From Zygnema circumcarinatum SAG 698-1b (lineage: Eukaryota; Plantae; Zygnematophyceae), in contig CM074805.1 of the NCBI GenBank assembly GCA_037447605.1, positions 4,125,361-4,189,360 of the forward strand: DNA of 64,000 bases, given 5' to 3'. This document shows, piece by piece, positions 1-14,330 of the stretch. The position numbers were made by a program, and so were the translations under genes. The stretch's first letter is position 1. Each line of letters begins with the position of its first letter. The notes beneath the pieces were generated by a model. That model saw only the letters and a list, made by a program, of their open reading frames with translations, was not told where the DNA came from and did not search any database.

Positions 1-3000
1 GTTTTCACCTTGCTTGCATATCTCCGGAAGATCCCAAAAAGGAAAGCCATCTTCTGCTTGGACTGGGCTATTGTCTACAAGGTCCAGGAAGAAGGAATTA
101 GTACACAGCTGGCGAAGACATAAATCCACTGATCAAGCTCGTGGTAAGAAGCTCGTCGTAGACTTCAACGTGTTTCGATCGGGCCAAGGGCCAAAGCTAT
201 GAAGATGAAGTACAAAACAAAAAAGGTAGTAGTTTGCACTAGATTGGCTCATGCCTGCTCAAGATCTCTCAAATTCAACACTTTCTCCTTGAAAGAAGAA
301 AAGGGAGCAAACCATGAATCATGTTCGCTGCTGAATTATGGTTATGCATGCAGGTTGAAGATACAGCAGTGTTCGATTTGTGCCTTTGTGTGCTTACAGT
401 GTTCCACTTGGCTATTCATCACTAGAAGCTATTCATCACCAGTTTAATGTTCAAGGGAGCTACACAACACTCAATGGAATCATTTCAACCCTCCTCGTGC
501 ACACGCCTTTTGCCACATCACTTTGTGATGAGGTTCAGAATCACTTACTGCAATGAAGGAGGTCTTCTCATTGCTGTCAAGGTTATGATCCCAATAATCA
601 AGGAGAAAATTCAAAAGCGCTTCTCTGCATCAAGTAAGATTTTTCAGTGCACAATAAGCCCTATGTAAACTACAACTCGAGGCCTCTCTAACCTCAAATA
701 CCATTCACCAAGTCCTCTCACCTCCCCTGCTTTGCCAAAGGGAAAGTGACAATTCCTTTGAAGTATTAAAAAGTGAATGGTTCCTTCTAACATAACAAGC
801 AGATGAGGCCCAGGAAACAGGATAAATACGGTTAGCCATAACGTCATTGTCGTCAGTTGGACTTCATTTCACCATACATGACGAACGCGCACTTCAAAGA
901 ACAAGATCGGCAGCATGGAAGCAAACAGTGAATGCTTCCGTCAACCACAATTCCTTTTGAGGTTCACCTCCTATTTTCTTTGAACTGGTAGGCTTTGCAT
1001 TCCTCCAATTCCTCATACAGCTCCAGTGTCTGCAAATTTCACCCGTATGCAGAAAATTAGTGCGAGGCTCGCGACTCATGGTATACTACAAGGTTACGCA
1101 AGTGTACGGAAATGTCATATATTGGAGACACTGCTATTGGAGAGCCAATAAAGCAAAAGAGGACACTTTGGCAAGCATCAACCAAGCACCTCCAACTTAA
1201 GAACGGCACTCGATCCTACCATGGAAATGAAGCTTTGGGCAACTTGGCAATACAGTGTAGGAGAAATGAAATAGTCGACGGAGCTGCTTTGCTGAGCATG
1301 GGCTTCTGAATCCTCCACAGCCTTTGGCTGTGTCGGTGACTTCCAGACTCCCAGCCGCTTGCTGGCCTCATCCGGTCTTTGTCTTGACCTAGAACGGGAA
1401 CGCGTGGGAATTTCGTAATTTAACAAAGTAGCTGGTGGTCTCTCTGAACGAAGCCTTTTTGTACGAGTTCCTCGATTGTTATCTGTAACTGCAGGGCCAC
1501 TCACACCATCTGCTGTGCGTTCGAGTGTGTCTTCAGAATCGCGAACACTTTCAAGGTCTTGCTTTGAAGGTCTCTTTCCGGCTACGCTTGTCCTTGTAAA
1601 CTCAGAATCGGAGTCGTTTTGTGTGCTTCCCTTGATTATTCGCATGAGGTTCGTAATTAGGTGATCACAAAGAATCTTTGGAAGAGCCTGTCAGTGGTGA
1701 AAAAAACGTTTCAGCTAGCCGTTGCGAACAGAATCATAGTCAGACGTGGTTATTTGACTGACTTTGTGCAAGTCTTGACAGGAGCGTTCCATGGCACTGA
1801 AATGTGCAATATCCTGCTTGAAATTATATGGAATCACAACAAGTAACTGCTCACTTCAAACCGCGTTCAAGAATATCTTGACAGCATGTAGAGACGCAAA
1901 CATCACCATTTTGAAAGGAACCGGCACCTTGCTTGGATTATTGACGCTGCGAACAACTATTGATCAGGCTAAGTTTCTGTGGGCTGACCTCAAGCATTCT
2001 GTTAAGGAGAGACTTCTGAAGTAGCTTGACGTCATTGTGCTCTGCAAGATGCGAGCCCCTCCAATGCACAACATAGCTCCTCAACACTCAGAAATCTGAA
2101 ACGCAGAGGGGTCATCACTGCTCGTACATAATGACTTCTTTACTTCTGAGGCCTGAGAAACATCGAGGGTGGCGGGAGTATAATGATCCCTTCTCCAGCG
2201 ACAGTACTCCTAACCTGCAATGAGCGCTATAAGATAGCTCAACTGAAGAATAGCTGCTTCTGACAAGAGGTCAAACATCTTTTTGTGAAGTGCACCTACA
2301 CTAGAACAAGCAAAGCGACATGGCTGCAATATGCTCTTGTAAATGCGATTTCAATGTTCTGTAATAAATAACCTATCAAACAGTTTTACTAGCAACAACT
2401 AGTAAAAACACCATCATCGGAAGTGCAAATGTAATGGGTTGGATCAATATATACTATTTATGGTTTATAAAGGGGCAAATATCCTTACCAGAAGTGATGG
2501 TATGAAGCGCTAAAAACTAAAAACTATGAAAACCTATTTCGACAACAGTCCAAGCACTTTACAAACGGTGGATTGACAGATATCCATATCCAACATATCC
2601 CTTAATTTGCAGACAAATATTTTCCCATGCAGTCAATAAAGGTATGCTATGCAATGAGAAAAGAGAACGCGTCCTCAGATCGTGGCCTTAAACACAAGCC
2701 TACTCGCTGCTCCCAAAGCGCTCAAGCCATAAGTTTGCAGGAGAGAACGTACGATGTAATCACGTGCTAACAAGATATGCAAATGCGATCATTTGTAGTG
2801 GAAAGTCGGAGCTCCAAGGAAAGGTAGGGAAGGTTCCCAAATTACGACTCACCTCGATAGATTTCAAGACGACAATTGAAATCTTGTTTCAAAATCTCAA
2901 TTGAGTATGAGAACATCACTGCCAAGCCCATTTTCTGAAAGACCCACCAACGAGAAAAACCAAACAAGTTCCAGTAAACCACTTTTTGTAACTGGATATC

Positions 3001-6000
3001 CTATGACGCTGTGGAGAAGTTATGAGTTTGAGCTATGCTTAAAGCCAGAAATCCTCAATCAAGCGTTCCATCCGCTCCCAGACCCCTTTCCTATTTCTAA
3101 GTAAAGAGTGTTTAAATGACTTCGCTTCGATAAGCATACAAAACTTTCTCAATATCTCCACTAATTTCATGTACGGAAGTATCAAATCTTTGTGAAGGAG
3201 ACCCAACCTGTTTTATTGGCATACCTGAAGTTCTGGGTTGTTAGCATTAACTTCCACCTTTGCTTGTCCCTGCGACAATTTTTCACGCCGCCTGGGCAGG
3301 TCCATGTTTGTTGTTGATGGGTCAAACTCGTCAGCTAGTCTGCTGATAACCTGAGCAAGGTTCTGCAACACGCAAAAGAAAACACTAATTTTGCAAACGC
3401 CTCAATAATCGAATATTATTCCTTTATGCCATACGAAAAAACGCATTCTTTTGCGTCTGCTTGCCGTGAAACAGAATCCAACCGAGCACAAAAAGATCGA
3501 GGAACGCCGGCTAAAGTTGCACGGAGACCAGTTGATCATATTGCACTGAACCATCGGACGAGATAGTACTGATCCGGATCAGATAAGTTCCAGTAAATGT
3601 AGGAACTCTCAAAGTACTAGTCCTTATCAGACTTCACTCTGCACTGACTAAAGCCATCTGTTTTCCACCTTCTCTACCATCGTATAGCAATCGTGAAGCA
3701 GCAGAATATCTACAAGATGCTCGCAAGGCCATATTGCTGTGACGTGGGTTTCTCCATTCAACGCGTTTGGTAAGCATAGCGACCAATTCCAAGTTTCAAA
3801 CAGACTATTTTCAGACTTACAGCTAGATCCACAGATTCTGCAGCACCAGCAAGCCTCGAATTCGTTCGATTTTCTGCCTGAATCCCTGGCATGTCGTATC
3901 GGTCCATTGGTGTCCAAACCTGTCGCAACACAAGCAAGGTCGATAATCACTTTCTCTGCGGATATTTGGTAGGATGAAGGAGCATGCAAACAGCATTTCT
4001 TCCTGTAAGCACTGCCAGCAGGCAAGAATAACGCAGGAGCGTATTTCCGGAGATACCTGATATGCATTACAGGGACGAAATAAGAGTCCTTTTGAAAAAT
4101 GCGTTCGGCCCTTACATTGCATACACACTGATGCTCTAACAACTAGCTCCGTCCTATCAAGTCCACATCATACGTAAAGCTTTAGTTTCCAAGTACCCTA
4201 AGTACGAAAGCATCAAAAGTTCCAACCAACTCCTACAGGTTTGCTTCCATGCGAGTGTCCAGACTGCACTACCTCTTACACATATATTTATCAAGGAAAA
4301 AAGGGTCGTTCCTCCGACCTGCTCAGCTACTTGGAGGGTCTGCTGCATTGCTCCTCCAGGAGCCACAGTCTGGCTGATGCGAGCATTAGGAAAGTTCTGC
4401 AATTTGACAGGCACACAAGCAACTCCGGATCAGAAATTACAGGACTCTGAACTGCATGTGGCCCAACGAGAAATGACAGACTCCCAAAGAATTTTCAAAT
4501 GTGAGACATTCCACTACGTTCTCCCGGCAAAACAAAAGCAGTAGGCAACAGGAATCAGCATTCCCAACGAAAAGGGCATGGCGTATAGCAGTCACGGATT
4601 GACTGACATCATGCTGTGAGAAACCATGTCTTTCTCGTTTGTGAGAAGTGGAGACTCCCTAAGGCTCGAGAAAACTTACTAAGTCATTTTAAATCCGTAC
4701 AATCTCCAGTCACACTTCTAAGCAGTTGTCTGCCAATCACGATCAATAACCTTCATCATAAATGCTAGACTCGACTTTTAGATACAAAAGGTAGGAAAAG
4801 GTCCGAAATCCTTTTGATGTAGACCAGTGTGTTCAGAACAAAAACTATCTCAAAGAATTACCTTGCTGAGCTGATGAAGCAACGACGTTGCATGAGCCGT
4901 TACACTCGCACACTCACTCTCTCTAATCTGCTTTATAATGTTTTCATGAATCTCCCTGCAACAAAACCATGTCAGCCATTCAGTCCCGACACCAGTAGCG
5001 CGATCTGTCGGCAACGGTCAGTGTTTTGTGCCGAATCAACTGAGGTATGGCTTTACTCTGCTTACAGGTGCCATGTGAAAATCCAACTGGCATTGATAAG
5101 TTTGGTAATCCATCACTCCCAAGCTCAGCATAATTCATATTAAATGGCTTCTCTACTAAACTTCCTTTTAGACACAGGAACAGAAGAAAACGTCGTGAAT
5201 CTTAGGAAGATCTTGGGCAAGAAAGGGAATAATTCGTCTTACTTTGTTGGTAGCAGTCCGCCTGCTGTCAATGAAATTGCGCGAACGGCATATAAAAAGT
5301 CAAAACCTTCAGCAATAATGTCAAGAAGAACGCCAATCCAAAGAAATCACAAAAAAATTGTTTTATCCTTTGCTTATATGTCAATGCCAAGTCTTCTGAT
5401 AATCGTCCGAAAACAGAGACTCGTCACCAAGTTGCTGCAACTAAAATAATCTTGATATGGTGTGGAAAAGATACGAGCTGCTTTCCGCTCTTCACTGTAT
5501 GATTCCGCTGAGTCTGTGAAAACACGAAGAATGCTGTGCAGAAAGGTGTCTATCTGTGCAAACTCGGAGACGATTTCGGGTCTAACTTTCTGTAAGTCTT
5601 CATCGTCATTTTTTTGAGCTCTTCCAGTTCCCTGATAACAAAAGAAAATAACCTCCGGTGATGAGGGATCACAAATGACTGATGATGTTTTATAGCCTTG
5701 CAAAATGGTAAAAGTATTCGTAGTTGTGAAAACCGCATTTTCTGGTGGAGCCTTGCATTCACATTAGGCCGTTCACGTGCTCTTAAGTCCTAGAGTTTGT
5801 GATAACATAGCGTCCAAATTCACCAACGTCTGTACCTTTTCAAACGCTTTCAAAATCGTCTCTGTCTTCTTGGAGGAATCTTTAGCCTGTCGTTTGTTCC
5901 ATCACAAGCCCAGCAGCAATTGACTGTAAGTCTCCTTTCAGCGTAGCATAGACATTACATATCTATTTCATAAAGATGTGGTCTTCGGCATTGTAACCCC

Positions 6001-6126
6001 TTCAATCTCTGTCTCCTTTTTTTATGCTTATGCTCTATGTTTATGCATTATGCTCCCACCTTTGTTCAGAATACTTACACGACGTGTGCTTCTGCAAGAG
6101 GCCAAACTCTGAGTCTCCCGCGTCAT
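1..6126 (-). CDS. Unidentified multi-exon protein gene (many short exons, probably helical); 3' end lies beyond the window start
   Basis: GT-AG-bounded segments join in phase: YLRKYAPALFLP...CWCCRICGSS|YILLLHDCYTMVEK|NLAQVISRLADEFD...NNPELQ and LGVLSLEKG...GLR|KHNDVKLLQKSLLNRMLE|ALPKILCDHLITNLMRIIKG (continuing into ORF 1178-1645). The start codon near 6126 is tentative and I recognise no family. Confidence 0.55.
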
Positions 6127-6593
6127 TGTCGTGTAGGAGGCTTCACCAAAGCTCCAAAACCTTCTTTCAAGCCGTCGTCATGTAGCAGCCGTCGCTGACT
6201 TGAATGGCACTCGACCAAGAAGGCACACGAGAACAGACTCTGCAATCAAAAGAATTGGATGATATCCGCCACAGCGATCACATAGCGGATGCACAGACGC
6301 GCATGACATTCTTTCCATCCCTCTCTCACACACTCTCCTGTCCCTCCCTCTCCTCTCTCTCGCTCTCTCGTCCCTGTGCCGTTACAGGGCAATTTGAACA
6401 AGGGCGGGAATGTGCAGGCGCCACGTGTCGTGCTCTCTGCAGTTTCAAATACGTCGCTGTTTGGCGAACTGAGCCTCACCTTGTTGACGATATATAGGCC
6501 TTGTTATGACGTACTGAACTGACGGTGTTTACTTTGCAGTTTGTGGTTTGTGGTTTGTGGTTTGCAGCTGAACTTCATGCGGTTCAGTTATTA

Positions 6594-6729
6594 ATAAAAG
6601 GGAATATATTTACACACCTTTTTGTATAGATACACATTTTTTAACAAAAAAACCCTTTTACCATAAAACCTGATGCCAAAAAAGGTGTGCATGTAGACGA
6701 AATAGGTGTGTAAGTAGCATTTCTTTTTA
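6594..6729. mobile_element. Degenerate small MITE-like element with ~50 bp imperfect terminal inverted repeats
   Basis: Left end GGGAATATATTTACACACCTTTTTGTATAGATACAC aligns with the reverse complement of the right end (AGAAATGCTACTTACACACCTATTTCGTCTACATGCACAC). Related termini occur at about 15805-15829 and 15880-15917. Confidence 0.5.
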
Positions 6730-7098
6730 AAAAGTTCATATCTTGTACAGTAATAAAATGGGGTTTAGTTTCATTGAACTTTTAAGGGACGAACCATTGA
6801 ACCGTTGAACCCATTCCATTGGACCGCATCGTCAGGCCAAAAAAGAGCAACACGGTTCATGAACCAAAAGCGCGTTGCCTGTGTACGTTCCAGAAGTTGA
6901 ACTCTGGTTCAACGTAGATCCAGGTTGCTTGGAATCCAAGCAAGCTTGAAAGAGAGCAGCTTCCTCCTTTCTTGGATGGCCTCCGCGTCCCTTCAAACGC
7001 TGCGGCTTCCGGCTTAAAAATTCAAAGCATTCAAAATTTAAAAAAACAAGAAAGTGATAAATTTTGCGAATTGATCGAGATACCGTATTTCTTTTTTC

Positions 7099-9531
7099 AT
7101 GAGTAATTTGAAGGTTACAGATGGTGGAAAATCTGATAAAAAACATGAAATACTGGAGCAAGTGCCTAACTCTGCGCAGAAGCCACGAGGCCTTACCGCC
7201 TTCCGATTCATACGAGGACTTTTATTTGCTCTCCAATTGATCATCAGCGCCTTTGTTCATCTCACCATTCTGGGCCCCCTCGCAGTTCTCCTTCTCCGGC
7301 CCTTCAATTTGATTCTTTATCGAAGAACTGCAAGTTTTTTTTTCGGAAACTGGCTGTTATTGCCCGCCTGGAACTCTGAAAAGGTATTTAGAAAATTCTG
7401 TCCACTTAGTGTATTTTGTGGATGAGGCGTAGAAATTTTCTGTTTGTTGGTCTTATATGAGACTTTGTTTTTTATGCGACAAGTTTTTCCAAATTTTCTT
7501 GTTTTCTTCGACTTCTTTCCTCTCTTCTACTGTCGATTTCTTTCTTTCTTTCGTTCTTTCTTGTTCGACGTTCTTAAAATTGCAAGGATAAAACCGATAT
7601 TGCAAGGTAGAAACTGTGCATCTGCAGAGTTCTGTTGCCCATCACAAACTGGGCATGCATGGATGCATGAGTGCTGGATTGCTTGGACGCATGGGTGCAT
7701 GGACTCATGGAAGCAAGGATGCATGGATGCATCACAGATTCATGGGCTGCTTTGCAGCGCGCAGCGAAAGGCTGTGGGCGAGGCCTGCTTTGAGCCTGCC
7801 TCTCAAATCGTCCTCCTAAATCATAAGCCCGTCCACATTCACGTTGATACAGACGAACGCCCTTACAAAACAGTTTTTCCTATAGCAGGCAAAGTTGTCA
7901 TATAATCCTCGGCCCATTGATTCAATTTTCTTGTGCGACCGCTGGTTTATGTGGAAGCAGGTGAATGGAACGAAAATTGTTTTCACTGGGGAGAATGTAC
8001 CACCAAAAGAACGAGTTTTGCTTATATGCAATCATCGCACAGAACTGGACTGGATGTATCTTTGGAACTTTGCACTGCGTAAGGTGAGTCCTTATGTTTA
8101 TCCTTCTTTATTGACCTCAAGCTGCTGGACAAAAGGTTGTCGTGCATCGGTATCGGTAATCGGTATTCATCGGTACCTCTCGTCTTTGGGATGTTGTGGG
8201 CAGGGCCGGACAGGGTTCGTTAAATATGCCCTGAAGAGCAGTTTCCGCAATGTGCCCCTGCTTGGCTGGGCGTTTCATATCTTGGAATTCTTGACACTAG
8301 AGAGGCGGTGGGAGAAGGACCGAACTACAATAAAGGCTAAGCTATCGACCTTTCAAGATCCGGCCGATCCTCTCTGGCTCATTATCTTCCCAGAAGGCAC
8401 CGACTTCACGTGAGATGCTTGACAATCTCGACATACATCCGAGATGAGATTCTTAGGAACTGTTTGATCGTCATTTTGAATCATATGCGTGTTTCTTTCA
8501 CCAAAGGCAGGGCAGTTTCTAGTAGCTGAACAATTCGTGGGAGGAAAATATAGACTCTACTTCAGCAATTGAGCCAAAAGGTATGTCTTTTGTTTATCCA
8601 ATTGTTTATCCGAGCCTCTTTAATGTTGCGTAAGCGTGGCACATGGTACAGGGAGGCAAAGAGCGTTAAAAGCCGCGCGTTTGCTGCGGATCATCATCTT
8701 CCCAAGCTCAAGCACACACTGCTCCCTCACTGCAGGGGGTTTTTTGCAGCTCTGCAGAGCTTGCGGATGTCTATTGACGCAGGTGAGCGAGAGAGACTGC
8801 ACTTCGTGGGTGGTCTTTGCAAGTGCCAGTCACACAACAATGCATCTAAAACCTTCGCTTAGTTGGAAGAAAATGGGAGAGTTACGGTTACTAAGGCACT
8901 GCAATCCGAAGTTATGAAAGAAGGGGCTGCTGGCTGCACCACTCACGTTTGCTTTTGAACGCAGTGTATCTTTTTCCCGCGCAGTGTATCTTTTTCCTTC
9001 CCTTTTGGAGCCATAATCCACTGATGACTGAATGACAAGGGGCCTTTGGTTGGAATAGTGTATGACGTGACGATTGCCTACAAATACGGCCGTCCAAATC
9101 TTGCCGATGCTGTCTTTGGAACTGGTCCTGAGGAGGTTCATTTTCACATAGAAAGACTTCCACTCGATACCTTGCCGCACACAGAGGAGGAAGCAAAATT
9201 GTGGATGTACAAGTGCTTTGAGATGAAGGATCAGCTGCTTGATGAGTTTTTTAAAGAGGGAAGCTTCCCAGGTCCTGTTGGGGAGGAGGAGCTAAGCACG
9301 CTCGCCGGTATTGTGGCTCATGCCTATTGGGCTGCATCGTCCCTTATAGCGATGTGGCTCATGTTTACTAAGGCCATTTGGCTAGCTCCATATATGGGCT
9401 TGGGCGCCCTTTTCCTGGCGGCAATCACGTACTGCAATTGGCTGCCAGGGTCCGCCATTGAAGCTCTCGAGCCTCACACAAAGGAGTTGGCAAAGCATGC
9501 GGCCGAACAGGCGGAGGAACTGTCCAAGTAG
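7099..9531 (+). CDS. LPAT4/5: 1-acyl-sn-glycerol-3-phosphate acyltransferase, LPAT4/LPAT5 (LCLAT1-like) subfamily; 5 exons (7099-7383, 7961-8083, 8204-8409, 8652-8782, 9059-9531)
   Basis: PlsC motifs NHRTELDWMY (NHx4D), KYALKSSFRNVPLLGWAFHILEF, WLIIFPEGTDFT and VYDVTIAYK; N- and C-terminal hydrophobic segments; phase-consistent GT-AG junctions. Confidence 0.93.
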
Positions 9532-10847
9532 CTTAAGTAAGCTTTGGGTGATTCTGACCAGCATGGTTGGATGGGTGGATGGACGGTTCCATGGGCGGTC
9601 CTTCGAAAACGGATTGAAGCTTTGTCCGAAGGAAGGTGCTTTTGAACAAGAGACAGGCTATTAGGGTCGTCAGAGAGAGCAGCAAAACGAAGGCACGCCA
9701 TCCTGGGTGGGAGTAGGCGCGTGGAGAAAAAATTGTGCGGAAGATTCCCAGACGATTGAAAATTCTTCACCCACTGTGTATCTCCGAACTGCTTTTGTTA
9801 GTCGGCATTTTTGGGAGGCACGGGATGCTGGCGACTGTATGATGCGGACAGAGAAAGTGCTCATTGGCACTTTTGTGAAGAGGGCGATTCAGATCGCGAC
9901 GGGCAGGAAGAAGGGAGGGGGGAGTGAAGGGGGGGTGGGGGGCAGGGAACGGGAGATTGTATGCGAGAGAGTGGTCAGCCTCTTTAGTTTTTGTTGCATA
10001 ATCAAAGTTGTCCGGCGCTCGGTTTCAACGCGGACCGTGAATCGGACTAAGGACAATTGGTCTTTTTGAGATTTACTGTAGAGGGTGAGCAGCGCAGGGC
10101 GGGAGTAGCTTGCAAAGACACAATCTCTGTAAAAACACGAGACTGCGATTGATTGCAATTACCCAATAATATCGCATTACCCTCGTAATGGGACAAACCA
10201 AAAAGTGGTAGAAATCTGAAACTGATGAAAAACAGAGTAAGAAACCAAAAAATGATGAGAAAATGACACCGAAAGCTGCCCCCCCAAATAGAACTGTTTT
10301 TCGTGATCAGTTATTGCAGAATGTACAGAAAGTACGTTTTCAGGACAGACAAACAAAGGCTCCTGAACACAACATAAGATATACACAACTCCAAACTTCA
10401 TGCTGAACAGAAACACATGACTTTATTTTATGTACAACCAAATATTGGCCATTAAAAACCCGAAGTAAAAACCGCGCACTTCCCGTTAATCCTTCTAGTT
10501 TATGCTACATATTGTCTCAGACAGATCACAAGTCCAGTTTGCTTATAGAGCTCACAAACCTCTGCACATCCTCTGAGGTACTCCTTCACAAAAGAATAAA
10601 ATATGTACGGAAGGAGCACAGCGGTTCCAGAACAACCCCAAATTAGCATTTGCCACCATTAAAATCATAGCCTTTTTATCTATGCGGCAGTGGAGAGGAG
10701 AGTGGTATATACAAGAAGAGGGGAGATAATATTAGACAAAAGCACCCCCTGAATGGCTTTCTCTTATTGAAGTAACATCCCTCGAAATGTCGCTGTATGT
10801 ACAGAATTCACAAAAATTACAAGTGGTGAGCGGTAATTTTCCGAGGT

Positions 10848-12861
10848 CTACTCCGCAGACTCCTCGTCTTTTCCGAGGATTTCCTTTTCGAAACGGAGCT
10901 GCAGAAGCAGCAGACTGATGATGATGAGATACGCCATCAGCTTGGTGCTGCGCATTGGCGTCCCTTCGATAATGAGGGCTGCAAAAAAGCATCACAAGGA
11001 AAGCTTTCAAGGGTGAAGGATGGGGGATCGAGAAGCTGAACAGTGAATGACCAGCGCAGATGCGATCTGCCAGAATCAGAACTATAACACTTTGAAGCTT
11101 TTCGGCCCACCAACACAAAACCTTCAGAATGTGAGATCACATAGCTGATGCTCGAATATATTAGGTTGACATATATGCACAATGGCCTGGCCAAGTGGCT
11201 ACCTCCGAATCAGCACAGTGAGACACGATAAGAAAACTGCAGCTTCCGACTTCACCTGAAGAAGCACTCCAAACGAAGGAAGTCGTTACAATACAAAGAC
11301 CAGTGTACACTATTGTACTGTACATGGAATCCGCCTGAACTTTTTGAGGGGTGGTTATCTCCAGTTTTACTCTCTGCACATAAACCCACCATCAAAAACA
11401 CCAATAACTCTTGAAGCATTTGTAGGAGGAAAACCGAAATTAATTTTGAACATAAAAAGCATCCAGAAGAATATTCACCTGCACAGGTTTCGCGTAGGCC
11501 TTGCGATAGGACATGGATTTAGGCATAGGATAAAGGCTTTTGAAGAAGAGCCCCTCGTTGCGCGAATAGTTGGCTCGTGCTTCAAACTCTTCGAAGTCAC
11601 GTTCATAGGCCTGCAGTACTTAAGCAAGTCACTTCAAGAAATACACCAAATACCACTCTAAAAAGAAGCCACTGAAATCCGCAATTGGAAAATTGCAATC
11701 AGCCTCTTTCGATGTAGTACAGCAGATTGACAATAAACAAATCGAAACTGATAAAAGACTTTCCCCCGTGGGGAGAGACACATCTGCAACAATACATCGT
11801 TTTCGCTCCTTATAATCAACATATAAACAAAAAAACTGTATCCCTCACCTCGATCTCAGCCCTTGCAATTTCCAAGTCTCTTTCGATTGCAAATGCACCA
11901 GCATCTAGCTCGCGAAGAACCTGTCCACACAGCGTCCAATAGCAGTTCAGCAAGGACATCGCTACTTAGCAGACTTGACTCCTTCAAGTTTTAAGCCAAT
12001 CTCTCTTTTCATACGTGGCACAGCATGACAACGGACATCTGAACCCAATAGTTTCATCCCTTTAGTCACTGAAAGCTCCCGATTAAAATTACAGAAGGAG
12101 AAGGGAACTTTCTTGCTAGATAAAAGTTTCAGATAGATGACCAACCTGCCAAGCGTCTATGTACCAAAAATTATCAACCAGACAACTACACGGATAAAGA
12201 AACTCGAAGATCGACCGTTAGCTAAAAAATTTGTTATATCCAGCTGCTTCATGATGAGCACCAAGCAATAAACCATAACTAGACATATACTGGTCGTCAA
12301 TCGAATGAAACAGAGTATACGACCTTCGCTTATCTTATTCATACAACACAAAGCAAATCACAAACATACCCGACTGCCTGCTTTATCCACCCGTTTCATT
12401 GCTTGATTTGCGATTCGATTAAGCTCCACATTGCTATCTTCTGCAATCTGTCGCATATGTTCCGATCTCTCTTCAACAAAATCATTCACGCGGACTCTAC
12501 CCATTTGAATTCTAAGCATCTCCACAAGCATTTGCTGAACTCTGGGATCTCCATCAACTCCATCTCCGTTTACTTGCATGCTTCGAACCACTCGACTTCC
12601 CTTACCGTCACGCCTATTAAAACTCCCCATTCTCGGCTTTTGCGGTACAATAAAACCTGAAGCTATCTTAAGCTCTTTTGACTGCAAAAAGGAAGAAAAA
12701 ACGTCCTTTTCGCTCCTTTTTGCAGTAATGACGCTACACCTGTAACCCACAAGACCATCGTCAACTGCATGAAGCGACCGCTTTACTTCTCGTCTTTGAA
12801 GATGATTCCTCTTTGGCAACCCGTTCACAATGCCTGAGGGGCGAGAAAATGCAGCTGCCAT
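10848..12861 (-). CDS. Uncharacterised plastid-type membrane protein resembling Arabidopsis AT3G09050
   Basis: Ser/Arg-rich transit-like N-terminus, then VRVNDFVEERSEHMRQIAEDSNVE...GSR|VLRELDAGAFAIERDLEIARAEIE|...RNEGLFFKSL and two C-terminal hydrophobic helices ending LRFEKEILGKDEESAE*. The similarity to AT3G09050 is from memory. A 5' UTR intron is likely (donor near 13640). Confidence 0.75.
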
Positions 12862-14330
12862 TGACGCAAACGTGTCGTCCAAGGCAATTTCGCAACACCT
12901 GCGCAGTCAATCGCAGATGATGAGTACAAATTGCGGCAAACACAAATCCACACATCTGAAGCAAACCCGATTTGAGTAAAGCGCAGGTCCTCTACATCTC
13001 AAATAACTTCCAAAAAAGGTGTATCCCAAATGAAGGGACAACACAACGAAATCCCAATTGCAATCTTATCCATCTCTGCCATAGGGCCAAACCGCAGGAC
13101 ATCACAAAACACTTAAGAACGCAATTGACGTTGCAAGGAGCTCAATTGCACAGACAAACAGCACTGTAGACAGCGCTGTGCCAACAACAGCTAAGGTATA
13201 GTATGAAACAGTTTGTAATAACACAGTTTTCGACGATCTGAGAAGTTTAACCGAGATATGATGTGCGTAGAACTATTCGGCAAGCTTCAGGGCAGCCACT
13301 GTGTGCATAATTCCGCTCAATTAGCTCTAGCCTGCCATAAACTGCAACACATCTGAAAATGTTGGATTCATATTGACCACCGCAGACAAGGGAAACAACT
13401 GCAATTACGAATTATTACGTTCTCGCAATTAAACGAAGCTGGCGAAAAAAAAGCCATCAGCTGATTCAACAGACCACGGAATTCTTCACAATGCAATTCC
13501 ATGCAAATAACCTTCCGTATATGAGCATCCTCTCGTTTTTGAAAAAAAGTCGAACACAATTCGGTTCCATAGTCAATTATCTGAATTAATTGTCAATGAC
13601 AATCAAACGAAATTCAAATTCAATAACCTCCTTCGATTACCTGGTCGAAATCAGTCTGCACAACTAGTCAAGCTCACTTCGACCACTCTATCTCAAACCA
13701 AGCCTTTCCCTTTCCAATTACCAACTCCCGCCTCTTGTTGCACGCCTGTGAGCCAAAGTCCCTCCAACTACATCACCAATATTTTAACCAACTGAGACTG
13801 CAAAAGCAGAGATCAAACTGACTCGGGATCAAACTGACTCGGGATCAAACTGCATCAGCAGCAGCGACCAGTATTGACCCTTACCAGTCCGTCAGTCAGC
13901 CTTCCCAGCGCCAGCTCCTCCTGCAACTACTCCCTCTGCAGAACCAACTGCAGTCTTGCAAGAATGTCCAGAAACAGGCGCCCTCTGTGCACGGCACCCT
14001 GACTGTAGAGCGTCAAATTGATGCAGATGCGGTCCTCCAATTGAAAGGTCGCCACGTAAGCAACGAGTACACGTGGCGCGCAGCTATTGCCTCATATTTG
14101 TTAACTAGCACTTGTTTTGCCAGGAAAGTTTGGGAGCCGAAAGAGGCCTTGGCGGTTTTTTGCTGCCAAGGAGTCGGAGGCGGCCAATGGGGGCCCTCAG
14201 AAAATATCGGGATTTGCGCCAGAGGGGAGGGCGCGGGGGGGACATGCAGCAGGTGGCGTATGGCCAATGGGGGGTCGCCAAATGGCGGATCCATGTAGAC
14301 GGGAGCGTCTGTGTTCACACAGTCTGAATA

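Noticed and set aside
1-6126. Assignment to ATM/ATR/DNA-PKcs, separase or sacsin
   Set aside because: No convincing motif match in the exons I could translate.
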